A stretch of 45,569 nt of DNA. Origin: Clostridia bacterium. GTDB taxonomy: Bacteria; Bacillota; Clostridia; Monoglobales; Monoglobaceae. Below the pieces are notes generated by a model. The model did not search any database, was not told where the DNA came from, and worked only from the letters and a program-made list of their open reading frames with translations. Location of the stretch: positions 1 to 45,569 of the forward strand of contig JAZRNA010000028.1 in the NCBI GenBank assembly GCA_045647945.1, written 5' to 3'. The stretch's first letter is position 1. Each line of letters begins with the position of its first letter. A program made the position numbers and the translations under genes. Below, in pieces: positions 25,630 to 35,685 of this stretch.

Positions 25630-26006
25630 TTACACGTTGGGATAAGGTTGTAATCGTCTCTGTTCTGATTGTTGCTGCTATGGTTTATTTAATATTTGCA
25701 AGTTTTCTGTGGAACGAACAGCCGGAATTGGTGGAAATTTTTGTTGACGGAGAAAGGTATGCATCTTACAATTTTGCCGAAATTTCAGGAACTAAATCTG
25801 TGGAGATTGATACAGGATATGGATACAATGTTCTTGAAATAACTAATAAAGGTGCAAGAATGATTGAAAGTTCCTGCCCTGACAAAACCGATGTGCAATG
25901 CGGTGAAATATCAAAACCCGGACAAATGATAGTTTGTATCCCAAATCGGGTTTCGGTAAAAATACTTGGAAAAGAGAAATTAAACATTGATAAGGTGACA
26001 TACTAA
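25626..26006 (+). CDS. NusG domain II-containing membrane-anchored protein
   Basis: N-terminal TM helix, then I.VDG......L......I......G.N...I..G..R....SCPD..C...G.I...G....C.P. The start overlaps the U32 stop (ATGA). Confidence 0.65.
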   Translation: MITRWDKVVIVSVLIVAAMVYLIFASFLWNEQPELVEIFVDGERYASYNFAEISGTKSVEIDTGYGYNVLEITNKGARMIESSCPDKTDVQCGEISKPGQMIVCIPNRVSVKILGKEKLNIDKVTY

Positions 26007-26536
26007 TGAAGAGAAACAGTTACACTCCGGAAAAAATTGGAATTATGGCATTGTTTGTGTCTTTGGGAATAATTCTTCAATATGTGGAAAGCAGAATTGT
26101 GATTACCGCTGTGCCCGGTGGCAAACTTGGACTTTGCAATATTATATCTATCATAAATGTTTTTATGTTTAGCAGCAAAAATGCCATGGTAATCGCTCTT
26201 GTTAGAGCGTTTTTGGGAACGTTTTTAACCGGTGGCGTTACTGCTTTGCCTTACAGTATGACGGGGGCTTTGTTTTCAACTTTGTCCATGTGCCTTGCCA
26301 AAAGATATGTGTATCCCAAAATCAGTATGGTTGGTATGAGTGTGATTGGTGCATCAGTTCACAATCTATCTCAACTTTGTGTGGCGGCTATTGTGTTGTC
26401 ATCGCCATATATTTTTTCATATTTGCCTATGCTATTAACAATGGCACTTGCAAGCGGCATTGTTACCGGGGTTGGGGCACAGGCTTTAGGAAACAGAATT
26501 CTAAAAAGGGGTGATTTGACATGCACAAAAAGATAA
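26006..26536 (+). CDS. Gx transporter family (Hpre_diP_synt_I-like) membrane protein
   Basis: A small polytopic membrane protein. Its usual partner is the NusG-II gene, and the two appear translationally coupled (TAATG). Confidence 0.65.
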   Translation: MKRNSYTPEKIGIMALFVSLGIILQYVESRIVITAVPGGKLGLCNIISIINVFMFSSKNAMVIALVRAFLGTFLTGGVTALPYSMTGALFSTLSMCLAKRYVYPKISMVGMSVIGASVHNLSQLCVAAIVLSSPYIFSYLPMLLTMALASGIVTGVGAQALGNRILKRGDLTCTKR

Positions 26537-27111
26537 TTCTTGCATCAAACTCCCCAAGGCGCAAGGAATTGCTTAATATGTTGAATCTCGAGTTTCAGGT
26601 AATTCCGGACAATACGCCTGAACCGGTTGACAGAGGTGTGTCTCCAGAAGATTTGGTTTGTGGACTGGCGAGATTTAAGGGTGAAAATGTAATAAGAGAC
26701 CTTCGCGATACCATGGAGGCTGTTGTTATAGCCGCAGATACAGTTGTGGCTGTTAATGATGAAGTTTTGGGCAAACCCAAGGATGAGGCAGATGCAGAGA
26801 GAATGCTTGTGCAACTTAGTGGAAGGTCACACTTTGTATATACAGGTGTTTATGTAGAGGATATCTGCACAAAAAAGTCAGTCAGTTTTTGTGAAAAAAC
26901 AGAAGTATTTTTCAAAAAACTTGACATAAGCGAGATTAAAGATTATATTAATACTGGGGAACCAATGGATAAGGCAGGGTCTTATGGAATACAGAACCTG
27001 GGCTCGTTGTTTGTGGAGAAAATTGACGGAGATTATTTCAATGTTGTAGGGTTGCCCGTTTCAAAATTATGTCAAGTTCTTAAAGAGAATTTTGATATAA
27101 AAATTTTTTAG
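26521..27111 (+). CDS. maf: Maf-like nucleoside triphosphate pyrophosphatase
   Basis: ILASNSPRR.ELL, AADTVV, GKP, DKAGSYGIQ. Sits upstream of mreBCD, as in other Firmicutes. Confidence 0.9.
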   Translation: MHKKIILASNSPRRKELLNMLNLEFQVIPDNTPEPVDRGVSPEDLVCGLARFKGENVIRDLRDTMEAVVIAADTVVAVNDEVLGKPKDEADAERMLVQLSGRSHFVYTGVYVEDICTKKSVSFCEKTEVFFKKLDISEIKDYINTGEPMDKAGSYGIQNLGSLFVEKIDGDYFNVVGLPVSKLCQVLKENFDIKIF

Positions 27112-27150
27112 TATAATTTGGAAATATTTACATAAGGAGTGTTGGTAATT

Positions 27151-28149
27151 ATGGCAAGCGAAATTGGAATTGATTTGGGTACTTCCAATACTATTATCTA
27201 TCTCAAGGGTAAGGGTATTGTTGTAAACGAGCCTACTGTTGTTGCAGTAAGCCGTCAAAACGGCAAAATACTGTCAATAGGTAAGGAAGCCGGTGAAATG
27301 TTGGGCAGAACTCCTGCTGATATTTGTGCTGTTACACCAATAAAGGGCGGAGTGATTGCGAATTTTGACATAACAGTTGCAATGCTTAAATATTTTATCA
27401 AAAAGGCTATAGGCGCATCTATCCTGAAACCAAAGGCGGTTGTGTGTATTCCTTCACATATTACAGATGTTGAAAAACGTGCGGTGAGGGATGCTGTTCT
27501 TGCTGCAGGGGTTAAGGAAGTATTTCTTGTTGAAAAATCAATGGCGGCAGCAATTGGTGCAGGTATATCTGTTAATGCACCTGTTGGCTCTATGATAGTT
27601 GATATCGGCGGAGGAACAACAGAGATTGCGGTTGTTTCTCTTGGTGGCATTGTTACAACCCAGAGCCTTAAAGTTGCCAGTCATACTTTGGATAATGATA
27701 TAATTCAGTATATGAAGAGAAATCATAATCTCATCATAGGTAATATAACTGCAGAAGAGATTAAAAAAGAAGTTGGCTCTGCTTGTTCTCTTAAAGAAGA
27801 ATTGTCACTTACCATCAAAGGAAGAGACCTTGTATCAGGACTTCCAAGAACTGCAACAGTTACATCAGAAGAAATCAGAGAGGCTATTCAGGAGAGTCTT
27901 GCTGCAATAATCGATGGAATTAAAGCGGTACTTGAAAAAACACCGCCGGAACTGGCAGCAGATATTTTTGAATCAGGAATTGTTCTTACCGGTGGCGGTG
28001 CAATCTTAAAAGGATTGGGCAAACTTATAAATGTACATACACAGATTCCGATATTTATGGCAGAGTCACCATCGGAATGTGTGGCAATCGGTGCGGGAAA
28101 AACACTTGAAGAAGTTAAAACTTTGCATTCGATTATTATTGCGGACTAA
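27151..28149 (+). CDS. mreB: Rod shape-determining protein MreB
   Basis: IGIDLGTSNT, VDIGGGTTE.AV.SLGG and LTGGGA.L.GL actin-fold motifs. ATG 27151 follows AAGGAG. Confidence 0.95.
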   Translation: MASEIGIDLGTSNTIIYLKGKGIVVNEPTVVAVSRQNGKILSIGKEAGEMLGRTPADICAVTPIKGGVIANFDITVAMLKYFIKKAIGASILKPKAVVCIPSHITDVEKRAVRDAVLAAGVKEVFLVEKSMAAAIGAGISVNAPVGSMIVDIGGGTTEIAVVSLGGIVTTQSLKVASHTLDNDIIQYMKRNHNLIIGNITAEEIKKEVGSACSLKEELSLTIKGRDLVSGLPRTATVTSEEIREAIQESLAAIIDGIKAVLEKTPPELAADIFESGIVLTGGGAILKGLGKLINVHTQIPIFMAESPSECVAIGAGKTLEEVKTLHSIIIAD

Positions 28150-28174
28150 TCTTTTGTGAGAGGAGATACATCTT

Positions 28175-29014
28175 TTGAAAAAGCTCTTTAAGAACAGATG
28201 TGTTTTCGGACTTATAGTTGTTGTTATAGTTTTGAGTATCGTTATTGGCGTGGTTAATGCTGTGAATTCTGATGTCAAGTTCACAGAAAATGTTTTTCAG
28301 GTTATCATCACTCCGGTGCAAGGGTTGTTGACAAAAGCAGGGGGTGGAGTTTCTGATTTCTTTGGATATTTTTCAAATGTGGATAAGCTGAAAGATGAAA
28401 TTTCCAGATTAGAAAAAGAGAACAAGGAACTTGAGTCAGAACTGAATAAAAGTGAAATCAGCATTCGTGAAAATGAGGAACTGAGAAAGTTGCTGGGATT
28501 AAAGGAATCCTATCCCGAACTGGAACTTGAGTCTGCTGAAATTGTTGCACGTGACCCAATAAACTGGTATAACACATTTACAATAGATAAGGGTGCTGTT
28601 CATGGCGTAGCTATTAATCAGGCGGTTATCTCTGTGGATAAAGCGCTTGTTGGCAGAATATGCGAAGTGGGAACAACGTGGTCAAAGGTTATGACAATCA
28701 ATGACCCGGGTCATGCGGCCGGCGCAGAGGTGGTAAGGTCAGGCGAATACGGAATTGTTGAGGGCGATTCTGCTTTGGCTGTTGACGGAAACTGCAGACT
28801 TTCTTTTGTGTCCAAAAACGCTAATATAATTGTTGGAGATAAGATTGTTACATCAGGATTGGGTGGTGTTTATCCAAAAGGACTTTCTGTGGGGAAAGTT
28901 TTGGAAATACGTCCTGATGTTCAGGGGATTTCTCAGTATGCTGTCATAAGTCCCGACGCAAAAATCGAGGAATTAAAAGCGGTATTTATTATTAAAAATG
29001 ATATGGATATTTAA
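28175..29014 (+). CDS. mreC: Rod shape-determining protein MreC
   Basis: TM helix, coiled coil (L..EN..L..EL), then a beta-barrel region ending TSGLGGVYPKGL.VG.V. TTG start after GAGGAG. Confidence 0.9.
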   Translation: MKKLFKNRCVFGLIVVVIVLSIVIGVVNAVNSDVKFTENVFQVIITPVQGLLTKAGGGVSDFFGYFSNVDKLKDEISRLEKENKELESELNKSEISIRENEELRKLLGLKESYPELELESAEIVARDPINWYNTFTIDKGAVHGVAINQAVISVDKALVGRICEVGTTWSKVMTINDPGHAAGAEVVRSGEYGIVEGDSALAVDGNCRLSFVSKNANIIVGDKIVTSGLGGVYPKGLSVGKVLEIRPDVQGISQYAVISPDAKIEELKAVFIIKNDMDI

Positions 29015-29035
29015 AAAACGGAAAGGTTGGGTAAA

Positions 29036-29545
29036 ATGAGGACTACCATACATGGGGCTTTTTTGCTTGTGTTTTCTATACTTCAGTCCACATGGCTTAA
29101 TTCTATAGAAATTCTTAATGTAAAACCTAACTTGTTTATTGTTTATGTCATTATGATATGTTGTTTTTGTAATCGTATTGAGGGAGCAACACTGGGGTTT
29201 GTTTTTGGATTTGTTCTTGATATATTAATTGGCAGATTTTGGGGCATGAATGCTGTTTTAGGGATGCTTGCGGGGTTCTTTATAGCGCATGTATGTGAAA
29301 GAGTTTTGGGAAATAATAATATATTGGTTATTATTTTGATAGTATTGATAGGCTCTTTTGTATATGAGAGTATATATTATTTTATTTCATATTTGTTTTC
29401 TGAAAACTTAAATTTTAAAACCGCAATTTTCAGGATTATTTTTCTTGAAAGTCTATATAATGCAGTTGCAGCCCTGCTTGTATATTTTTTGGCAGCAAGA
29501 TTTATAAAACGACTCTATGTTGATAAGGGTGAAAATATTGGATAA
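29036..29545 (+). CDS. mreD: Rod shape-determining protein MreD
   Basis: A small polytopic membrane protein in the mreBCD position. The start is uncertain (ATG 29036 or TTG 29027). Confidence 0.75.
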   Translation: MRTTIHGAFLLVFSILQSTWLNSIEILNVKPNLFIVYVIMICCFCNRIEGATLGFVFGFVLDILIGRFWGMNAVLGMLAGFFIAHVCERVLGNNNILVIILIVLIGSFVYESIYYFISYLFSENLNFKTAIFRIIFLESLYNAVAALLVYFLAARFIKRLYVDKGENIG

Positions 29546-31574
29546 AAAAGGTTTGAGGGCACGATTTATTTTTATATTTTGCTTTCTTGCCGTGTTCACA
29601 GCGTTTTGCGTGGCACGGCTTTTTAGCCTGCAGATTGTTCATGGCGATGAATATAAAGAAAAGGCAGAAAATCGCCTTGTGCGTGCATATCCCATCAAAG
29701 CACCCAGAGGTGAAATGCTGGATAGATATGGAAGACCTATGGTCACCAATAGCATGGGTTATTATGTCCAGATTCAAAACATCAGCCGGGACAATAATGT
29801 GCTTAATGAGACCATATACAATCTTATAAAAATTTTTGAAGCGGATAGCACAGAGTATGTGGATGAATTCCCAATAACTGGTATTCCGTATAAGTTTGAT
29901 TTTGAAAACAGCAAGAATAGGGACGATGCAATAAAAAAATGGAAAAAAGAAAATGACCTGAAAGGTCTTGAAACAGCAGAAGATGTGATGGAGTATTATT
30001 TCGAAAAATATGATATTGACGAAGAGTACACAGCACAGGATGCAAGGAATATTGCTGCTGTTCGCTATACCATGGAGACAAAAAATTTCAGTGTGATGAA
30101 CCCATACACCTTTGGAAATGACATAACAATGGAAACAGTTCAGAAGATAAAAGAGCGGTCTTATGAATTGGGTGGTGTCAGCGTTGAAATTGAACCCGTT
30201 CGTGAATATGTCAACGGAACAATGGCAGCACATATACTGGGGCGTACAGATATTATTTATAAAGAGGAATATGACGAACTCAAAGACCAGGGATATGGTA
30301 TGAATGATATAATAGGCAAAGACGGTCTTGAAAAGGTTCTTGAAAAATACCTCAAAGGGACTGATGGATATAAAAGAGTGGAACAGACAAAAGCGGGTTC
30401 TGTCTCACAAACATTGAGCATCAAGCCTGCTGAGACAGAAAATTTTGCAATTCTTACTATAGATTCAGAACTTCAAGGCGTGGCGGAAAAATCTCTTGCG
30501 GAGAACATTGAGGCAACAAGAAACGAGAGGGGTTTTGACTGTTTCAGCGGTGCTGCTGTTGCGGTAGAAATAGATACTGGAGAAGTGCTGGCAATGGCAT
30601 CCTTGCCCGGTTATCACCCGACGGAGTACACAAAAAAATATAATGAATTATTTAACAACCCTCAAAATCCCTTGCTTAACAGAGCGTTGGGCGGAGCGTA
30701 CACGCCGGGTTCAACTTTTAAACCATTAACATCTATTGCGGCTCTGGAAGAGGGCATAATCACGCCCAATACAAAAATTGAAGATTTAGGTGTTTATAAG
30801 TATTATGCACCTTCGTATCAGCCAACGTGTCTTATTTGGAAGAATACAGGAGAAACACATGGACTGATTAATGTATCTGAGGCAATTGGTGTTTCGTGCA
30901 ACTATTTCTTTTATGATGTAGGGCGAAGACTTACAATTGACAAAATTTCACACTATGCCAAAGGCTTTGGGTTGGGTCAAACCACAGGCATTGAACTTGC
31001 GGAATCCGAGGGAATTGTTGCCAGCAAGGAGTTCAGAGAGTCAAGGAATATGGAATGGTATCCGGGGGATACTTTGCAGGCAGCTATCGGTCAGTCTGAC
31101 AACATGTTTACCCCCGCGCAACTTGCTAGTTATGTAAGTACAATAATCAACAAAGGAAATCGATATGCATTGCATCTTGTAAAGGATATAAGAAACTATA
31201 AAACAGGAGAAATTGTGTATAAAAACGAACCGTATCTGATTTCTAAGTTTGAAATTTCGGATTCCACAGTTGAAGCTGTTAAAGATGGAATGAGGCGTGT
31301 TACAGAAGATGGAACTGCAAAAGCTGTATTTGAAGATTTTCCCATTGCTGTAGGCGGAAAGACCGGAACAGCGGAGGTCAGCAACGGAAGTGATACCGTA
31401 CTTTTTGTAGGTTTTGCCCCATATGACAATCCCAAAATCGCTGTTGCAGTTGTTTTGGAACACGGTGCAACCAGCAGATATGCTGCCCAGGTTGCAAGAG
31501 ATATGTTTGAACAATATCTGGGACTCTACGATGTGGTTGATGAGATTGAGCCTGTAAATACACTTTTAAAATAA
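29517..31574 (+). CDS. mrdA: Penicillin-binding protein 2 (class B transpeptidase)
   Basis: PRGEMLDRYGRP (dimerisation domain), STFKP (active-site SxxK), SCN (SxN) and KTGTA (KTG). The start is ambiguous (29517, 29529 or 29538) and overlaps the mreD end. Confidence 0.9.
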   Translation: MLIRVKILDKKGLRARFIFIFCFLAVFTAFCVARLFSLQIVHGDEYKEKAENRLVRAYPIKAPRGEMLDRYGRPMVTNSMGYYVQIQNISRDNNVLNETIYNLIKIFEADSTEYVDEFPITGIPYKFDFENSKNRDDAIKKWKKENDLKGLETAEDVMEYYFEKYDIDEEYTAQDARNIAAVRYTMETKNFSVMNPYTFGNDITMETVQKIKERSYELGGVSVEIEPVREYVNGTMAAHILGRTDIIYKEEYDELKDQGYGMNDIIGKDGLEKVLEKYLKGTDGYKRVEQTKAGSVSQTLSIKPAETENFAILTIDSELQGVAEKSLAENIEATRNERGFDCFSGAAVAVEIDTGEVLAMASLPGYHPTEYTKKYNELFNNPQNPLLNRALGGAYTPGSTFKPLTSIAALEEGIITPNTKIEDLGVYKYYAPSYQPTCLIWKNTGETHGLINVSEAIGVSCNYFFYDVGRRLTIDKISHYAKGFGLGQTTGIELAESEGIVASKEFRESRNMEWYPGDTLQAAIGQSDNMFTPAQLASYVSTIINKGNRYALHLVKDIRNYKTGEIVYKNEPYLISKFEISDSTVEAVKDGMRRVTEDGTAKAVFEDFPIAVGGKTGTAEVSNGSDTVLFVGFAPYDNPKIAVAVVLEHGATSRYAAQVARDMFEQYLGLYDVVDEIEPVNTLLK

Positions 31575-31683
31575 GTACACCGTGAGGAGAAAATTTTATT
31601 AAATTTGAAATAATGTTTTGACATTTATGGTGTTTTATGCTAATATTGTGAAAAAGATATTTAAAATTTGTGGAGGCTTTTGA

Positions 31684-32469
31684 ATGTCAGAGGTAATAGT
31701 TGTAACTTCCGGCAAGGGTGGTGTAGGAAAAACCACCACAACCGCTAATTTAGGTGTTGGTCTTGCAAAGCTTGGCAAAAAGGTTGTATTGCTTGATACA
31801 GATATCGGTCTCCGAAACCTGGATGTTGCATTGGGTATTGAAAACCGGGTTGTTTATGACCTGGTGGATATTGTTACCGGTGTTTGTGAAATCAAAAAAG
31901 CTATTATTAAACATAGAGATATTGAAGGTTTGTTTGTTATTCCTGCGGCACAAGCCACGGATAAAGATGCTGTTTCTGTTGAACAGATGAGAAAACTTTG
32001 TGAAGAGTTAAAACAAGAATATGATTTTGTTTTGATTGACTGCCCCGCAGGGATTGAACAAGGTTTCAGGAATGCTGTTGCAGGGGCGGACAAGGCGCTG
32101 ATTGTGACCATCCCCATGCTCTCTGCTGTTCGTGATGCCGACAGGGTAGTGGGACTTCTGGAAGAAATGGGTATTGACCAGCATTATGTAATTATAAACA
32201 AGATTCGTCCCGACTTAATGCGACGGGGAGAGATGATGACGGTTGATGAAGTCATAAATCTTATTGATATTGACCTTATAGGGATAATTCCTGATGCAGA
32301 AGATGTGCTTGTTTCAGCCAATAAAGGCGAAACTGTAGTGACAAATCTGAAGTCAACAACAGGACAATGCTATCGCAATATAGCACAGAGACTGGCGGGG
32401 GGAAATGTTCCTCTTATGGAATTTGGCAGAAAGGGATTATTTAAAAGATTCAAAAAAACGAAAAATTAG
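31684..32469 (+). CDS. minD: Septum site-determining ATPase MinD
   Basis: VTSGKGGVGKTTTTANLG deviant Walker A, DCPAGIE, and a C-terminal amphipathic helix KGLFKRFKK. Confidence 0.95.
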   Translation: MSEVIVVTSGKGGVGKTTTTANLGVGLAKLGKKVVLLDTDIGLRNLDVALGIENRVVYDLVDIVTGVCEIKKAIIKHRDIEGLFVIPAAQATDKDAVSVEQMRKLCEELKQEYDFVLIDCPAGIEQGFRNAVAGADKALIVTIPMLSAVRDADRVVGLLEEMGIDQHYVIINKIRPDLMRRGEMMTVDEVINLIDIDLIGIIPDAEDVLVSANKGETVVTNLKSTTGQCYRNIAQRLAGGNVPLMEFGRKGLFKRFKKTKN

Positions 32470-32514
32470 TTTAAAACAATGGAAAAATGATTGCTAACAA
32501 AAAGGAGGCTGCAA

Positions 32515-32925
32515 ATGAACATAGCGTTGATAGCACATGATAAGAAAAAGGAATTGATGGTGGATTTTTGTATTGCGTATAAGGGAATTCTTAAAAAACA
32601 CAACCTTTGTGCCACTGGGACAACAGGCAGTCTTATTATGGATGCAACGGGATTGAATGTCAATTTGTTCTTGTCGGGTCCCCAGGGCGGAGATCAACAG
32701 ATTGGTGCCAGAATTGCTTATAATGAAATAGATTTAGTTTTATTTTTCCGCGACCCTCTTACAGCTCAGCCTCACGAACCTGATGTTTCAGCTCTGTTCA
32801 GATTGTGTGATGTTCACAATATCCCACTTGCAACCAACAGTGCTACAGCGGAAGTTATGATAAGAGGTCTGGAACGTGGAGACCTTGATTGGCGTGATAT
32901 CGTCAACCCTAAAAGTCAGCATTAG
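32515..32925 (+). CDS. mgsA: Methylglyoxal synthase
   Basis: [33 protein letters not shown] and FFRDPL..QPHEPDV. ATG 32515 follows AGGAGG. Confidence 0.95.
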   Translation: MNIALIAHDKKKELMVDFCIAYKGILKKHNLCATGTTGSLIMDATGLNVNLFLSGPQGGDQQIGARIAYNEIDLVLFFRDPLTAQPHEPDVSALFRLCDVHNIPLATNSATAEVMIRGLERGDLDWRDIVNPKSQH

Positions 32926-32977
32926 TATTTGCGTATTTTATAAAAATAGAAATTTATGAAAAAATTTGAAAAAACAC

Positions 32978-33094
32978 TTGCAATTCACGGAGAAGTGTGA
33001 TATACTTTGTAAGTTGATTATGGGTAGTCCTCTGCTTATGCCTTATCTGGAAGGTAATATGGTATGAATGCCTGAAATAGAAAGGATGTAAATT
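32978..33094 (+). promoter_or_regulatory. Promoter (TTGCAA-N17-TGaTATACT) plus an ~80-nt rplS leader, a possible L19 autoregulatory leader
   Basis: The promoter hexamers are at 32978-32983 and 33001-33006. An untranslated leader precedes rplS, where Firmicutes carry the L19 leader. The structure was not verified. Confidence 0.35.
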
Positions 33095-33436
33095 ATGAAC
33101 ATTTTAGACCAGATTACACAGGAACAGATTAGAACAGACCTTCCCCAGCTTAACATTGGTGACACAGTTCGCGTATATGTTAAGGTAAAAGAAGGTAACA
33201 GAGAAAGAATCCAGATGTTTGAAGGAACAATCATCAAGAAGAATCACGGCGGAATTCGTGAGACATTTACTGTAAGACGTATTTCTTATGGTGTTGGTGT
33301 TGAGAAGACTTTCCCTGTAAACTCACCTAATATTGATCGTATCGAGGTTTCAAGACGCGGTAAAGTTAGACGTGCTAAGCTCTACTATCTCCGTGACAGA
33401 GTTGGTAAGGCTGCAAAAGTTAAAGAAAAGATTTAA
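33095..33436 (+). CDS. rplS: 50S ribosomal protein L19
   Basis: [25 protein letters not shown]......[36 protein letters not shown]. Confidence 0.97.
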   Translation: MNILDQITQEQIRTDLPQLNIGDTVRVYVKVKEGNRERIQMFEGTIIKKNHGGIRETFTVRRISYGVGVEKTFPVNSPNIDRIEVSRRGKVRRAKLYYLRDRVGKAAKVKEKI

Positions 33437-33445
33437 CAATCAAGT

Positions 33446-33490
33446 ATGGCGGGTATTTTTTAATACCTGCCATTTCACTATTTTTTGTTT
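33446..33490 (+). terminator. Rho-independent terminator after rplS
   Basis: ATGGCGGGTATT-tttt-AATACCTGCCAT (one G-U pair) followed by T-rich sequence. Confidence 0.8.
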
Positions 33491-33506
33491 TTTGAAGGTG
33501 TTATCT

Positions 33507-34157
33507 ATGGAAAATTTTGAAAACAATAATACTAATCCTGAAGTTGAAATTGTAGAAAATACTGCAGATTCTTCTAACACTTCAAAAGTTAATTGGAAAA
33601 AGGAACTTTGGGATTGGATTCAGGCGATAGTTATTGCTTTGGTTGTTTCGTTTTTGCTCAAGAACTATGTTATGACATTGGCAAAAGTGGATGGCGAGTC
33701 AATGGAACCCACACTTCAGGATTCCGACAGACTGTATGTGAACAGGGTGATGTACGAGCCTGAAAAAGGTAATGTCATTATCTTTGAGCCAGGTTCAGAC
33801 CCCGGTCGTCCGTATATAAAGCGTGTTATTGCCACGGAGGGTGATACTGTATATATCGACTTCATAACAGGAGATATATATGTTAATGACGAAATCATTG
33901 ACGAGCCATATATTGCCGAGCCGACAAATCTTGTGGGGTCATATATATACAGATTAATGCAGAATGGTGAATACAGCAGAGAAAATCCTATTGTTGTGGA
34001 AGAAGGTAAGGTTTTTGTTATGGGTGACAACAGAAACGCCAGCAAAGATAGCCGTGAGATAGGACAGGTTCCGAAGGATGAGATTATTGGGCATGCTGTT
34101 TTCCGGTTCTGGCCCCTTAACAATTTGGGTAGCGTAGACCACACTTATGCTGAATAA
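33507..34157 (+). CDS. lepB: Signal peptidase I
   Basis: GESMEPTL (catalytic Ser box), YIKRVIA..GD (Lys box) and VMGDNRN.S.DSR. Start at ATG 33507 after GAAGGTG. The track extension to 33333 overlaps rplS. Confidence 0.9.
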   Translation: MENFENNNTNPEVEIVENTADSSNTSKVNWKKELWDWIQAIVIALVVSFLLKNYVMTLAKVDGESMEPTLQDSDRLYVNRVMYEPEKGNVIIFEPGSDPGRPYIKRVIATEGDTVYIDFITGDIYVNDEIIDEPYIAEPTNLVGSYIYRLMQNGEYSRENPIVVEEGKVFVMGDNRNASKDSREIGQVPKDEIIGHAVFRFWPLNNLGSVDHTYAE

Positions 34158-34170
34158 TATGAGGTAAGAT

Positions 34171-35019
34171 ATGAATATACAATGGTTTCCTGGTCATATG
34201 GCCAAAACCCGAAAATTAATAACCGAAAACCTTAAACTGGTTGATGTGGTGATTGAACTGGTTGATGCCAGACTTCCCTTGTCCTCCAGAAATCCTGAAA
34301 TTGACAGAATAGTGGGCAAAAAACCAAGAGTGCTTGTCCTTAACAAGTGTGATATAGCGGACAAATCAGCAAATGATGCATGGATAAGCTTTTTTGAGAA
34401 AAAGGGCATCTGTACTATAGCGGCAGACAGCCTCTCGGGCAAAGGGCTTAAAAGTATTGATGCTGCCATAGAACGTGTTCTTGCAGATAAATTTGAACGC
34501 GAAGCCCAAAAGGGAATGATGAGGCGAGCGGTCAAGATTTTGGTTGTGGGAATTCCTAATGTGGGAAAATCGTCTTTTATAAACCGCCTTTCCGGCAGAG
34601 CTGCAGCAAAGGTGGGTGACCGTCCCGGTGTTACAACAGCAAAGCAATGGATAAGGGTTGCGGGTAAGTATGAATTATTGGATACTCCCGGCATTTTGTG
34701 GCCCAAGTTTGAGGACCCAGAGGTTGGCAAGCGGATTGCATATACTGGAGGAATCAAGGACGAGATAATGGATATTGAGGAACTTGCATTCTTTCTTATT
34801 GGCTTTTTGCGTGAAAATTATAAAGAAATGCTGATGGCAAGATTTAAACTTGATGATGATATTGACGACATTGATGATTTTGAACTATTGGAGCTTATTG
34901 GCAAAAAGCGTGGCTGTATAGTATCCGGTGGGAATATTGATACATTAAGAGTTGCTAATTTGGTTTTGGATGAATTCAGGGCAGCCAAAATAGGAAGAAT
35001 AACATTGGAATTACCTTAA
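34171..35019 (+). CDS. rbgA: Ribosome biogenesis GTPase A (YlqF/RbgA)
   Basis: MNIQWFPGHMAK, circularly permuted G motifs (LNKCD ... GIPNVGKSS.IN ... DTPGILWPK). Confidence 0.9.
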   Translation: MNIQWFPGHMAKTRKLITENLKLVDVVIELVDARLPLSSRNPEIDRIVGKKPRVLVLNKCDIADKSANDAWISFFEKKGICTIAADSLSGKGLKSIDAAIERVLADKFEREAQKGMMRRAVKILVVGIPNVGKSSFINRLSGRAAAKVGDRPGVTTAKQWIRVAGKYELLDTPGILWPKFEDPEVGKRIAYTGGIKDEIMDIEELAFFLIGFLRENYKEMLMARFKLDDDIDDIDDFELLELIGKKRGCIVSGGNIDTLRVANLVLDEFRAAKIGRITLELP

Positions 35020-35030
35020 AGCAGACATCA

Positions 35031-35066
35031 GGGCAGATATATGTTGCATATATCTGCCCGTTCTTT
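35031..35066 (+). terminator. Terminator hairpin after rbgA
   Basis: A 12-bp perfect stem GGGCAGATATAT-gttgc-ATATATCTGCCC followed by GTTCTTT. Confidence 0.65.
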
Positions 35067-35083
35067 AGATAGGAGGAAAAAGG

Positions 35084-35683
35084 ATGAAAGAAATTGAAAA
35101 CTCTTTGTATGATAAGGGATATGAATTAGTTGCAGGGATTGACGAGGCAGGACGTGGACCCTTGGCAGGACCAGTTTGTGCCGCGGCGGTTATCTTGCCC
35201 AAGGATTTGATTATTGACGGAATAAATGATTCAAAAAAACTTACTGAAAAGAAACGTGAATTGCTATTTGATGTTATAACGAAATCGGCAATAGCATATT
35301 CCATAGAATTTGTATCTTCTGAGGTTATAGATGAGATAAACATAAGACAGGCAACTTCACTTGCTATGCACAATGCCCTTAAAAATCTTGAAACTAAGGC
35401 GGATTTTGTTATTATAGACGGCAACGACAACATTCCTTATGAAATTCCCTTTGAATATGTGATAAAGGGTGATGCAAAGTCGCAGACTATTGCCGCGGCA
35501 TCAATTCTTGCCAAGGTGAGCAGAGACAGACTTATGACTGAACTTGACGGGGAGTACCCAGAATATTGCTTTGCAAAGCATAAGGGTTACGGAACCAAAG
35601 TACATATAGAGGCAATCCAGAAATTTGGCATATCACCTGTTCACAGAAAGTCTTTCATGACGGCAAAGGTTTTGGGTAAGTAA
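35084..35683 (+). CDS. rnhB: Ribonuclease HII
   Basis: VAGIDEAGRGPLAGPV, DSKKL and KHKGYGT motifs. Confidence 0.95.
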   Translation: MKEIENSLYDKGYELVAGIDEAGRGPLAGPVCAAAVILPKDLIIDGINDSKKLTEKKRELLFDVITKSAIAYSIEFVSSEVIDEINIRQATSLAMHNALKNLETKADFVIIDGNDNIPYEIPFEYVIKGDAKSQTIAAASILAKVSRDRLMTELDGEYPEYCFAKHKGYGTKVHIEAIQKFGISPVHRKSFMTAKVLGK

Positions 35684-35685
35684 TT

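Noticed and set aside
33333-33506. An upstream extension of lepB that overlaps rplS in another frame.
   Set aside because: It crosses the rplS terminator and has no homology-like sequence. The canonical signal peptidase begins at ATG 33507, which has its own RBS.
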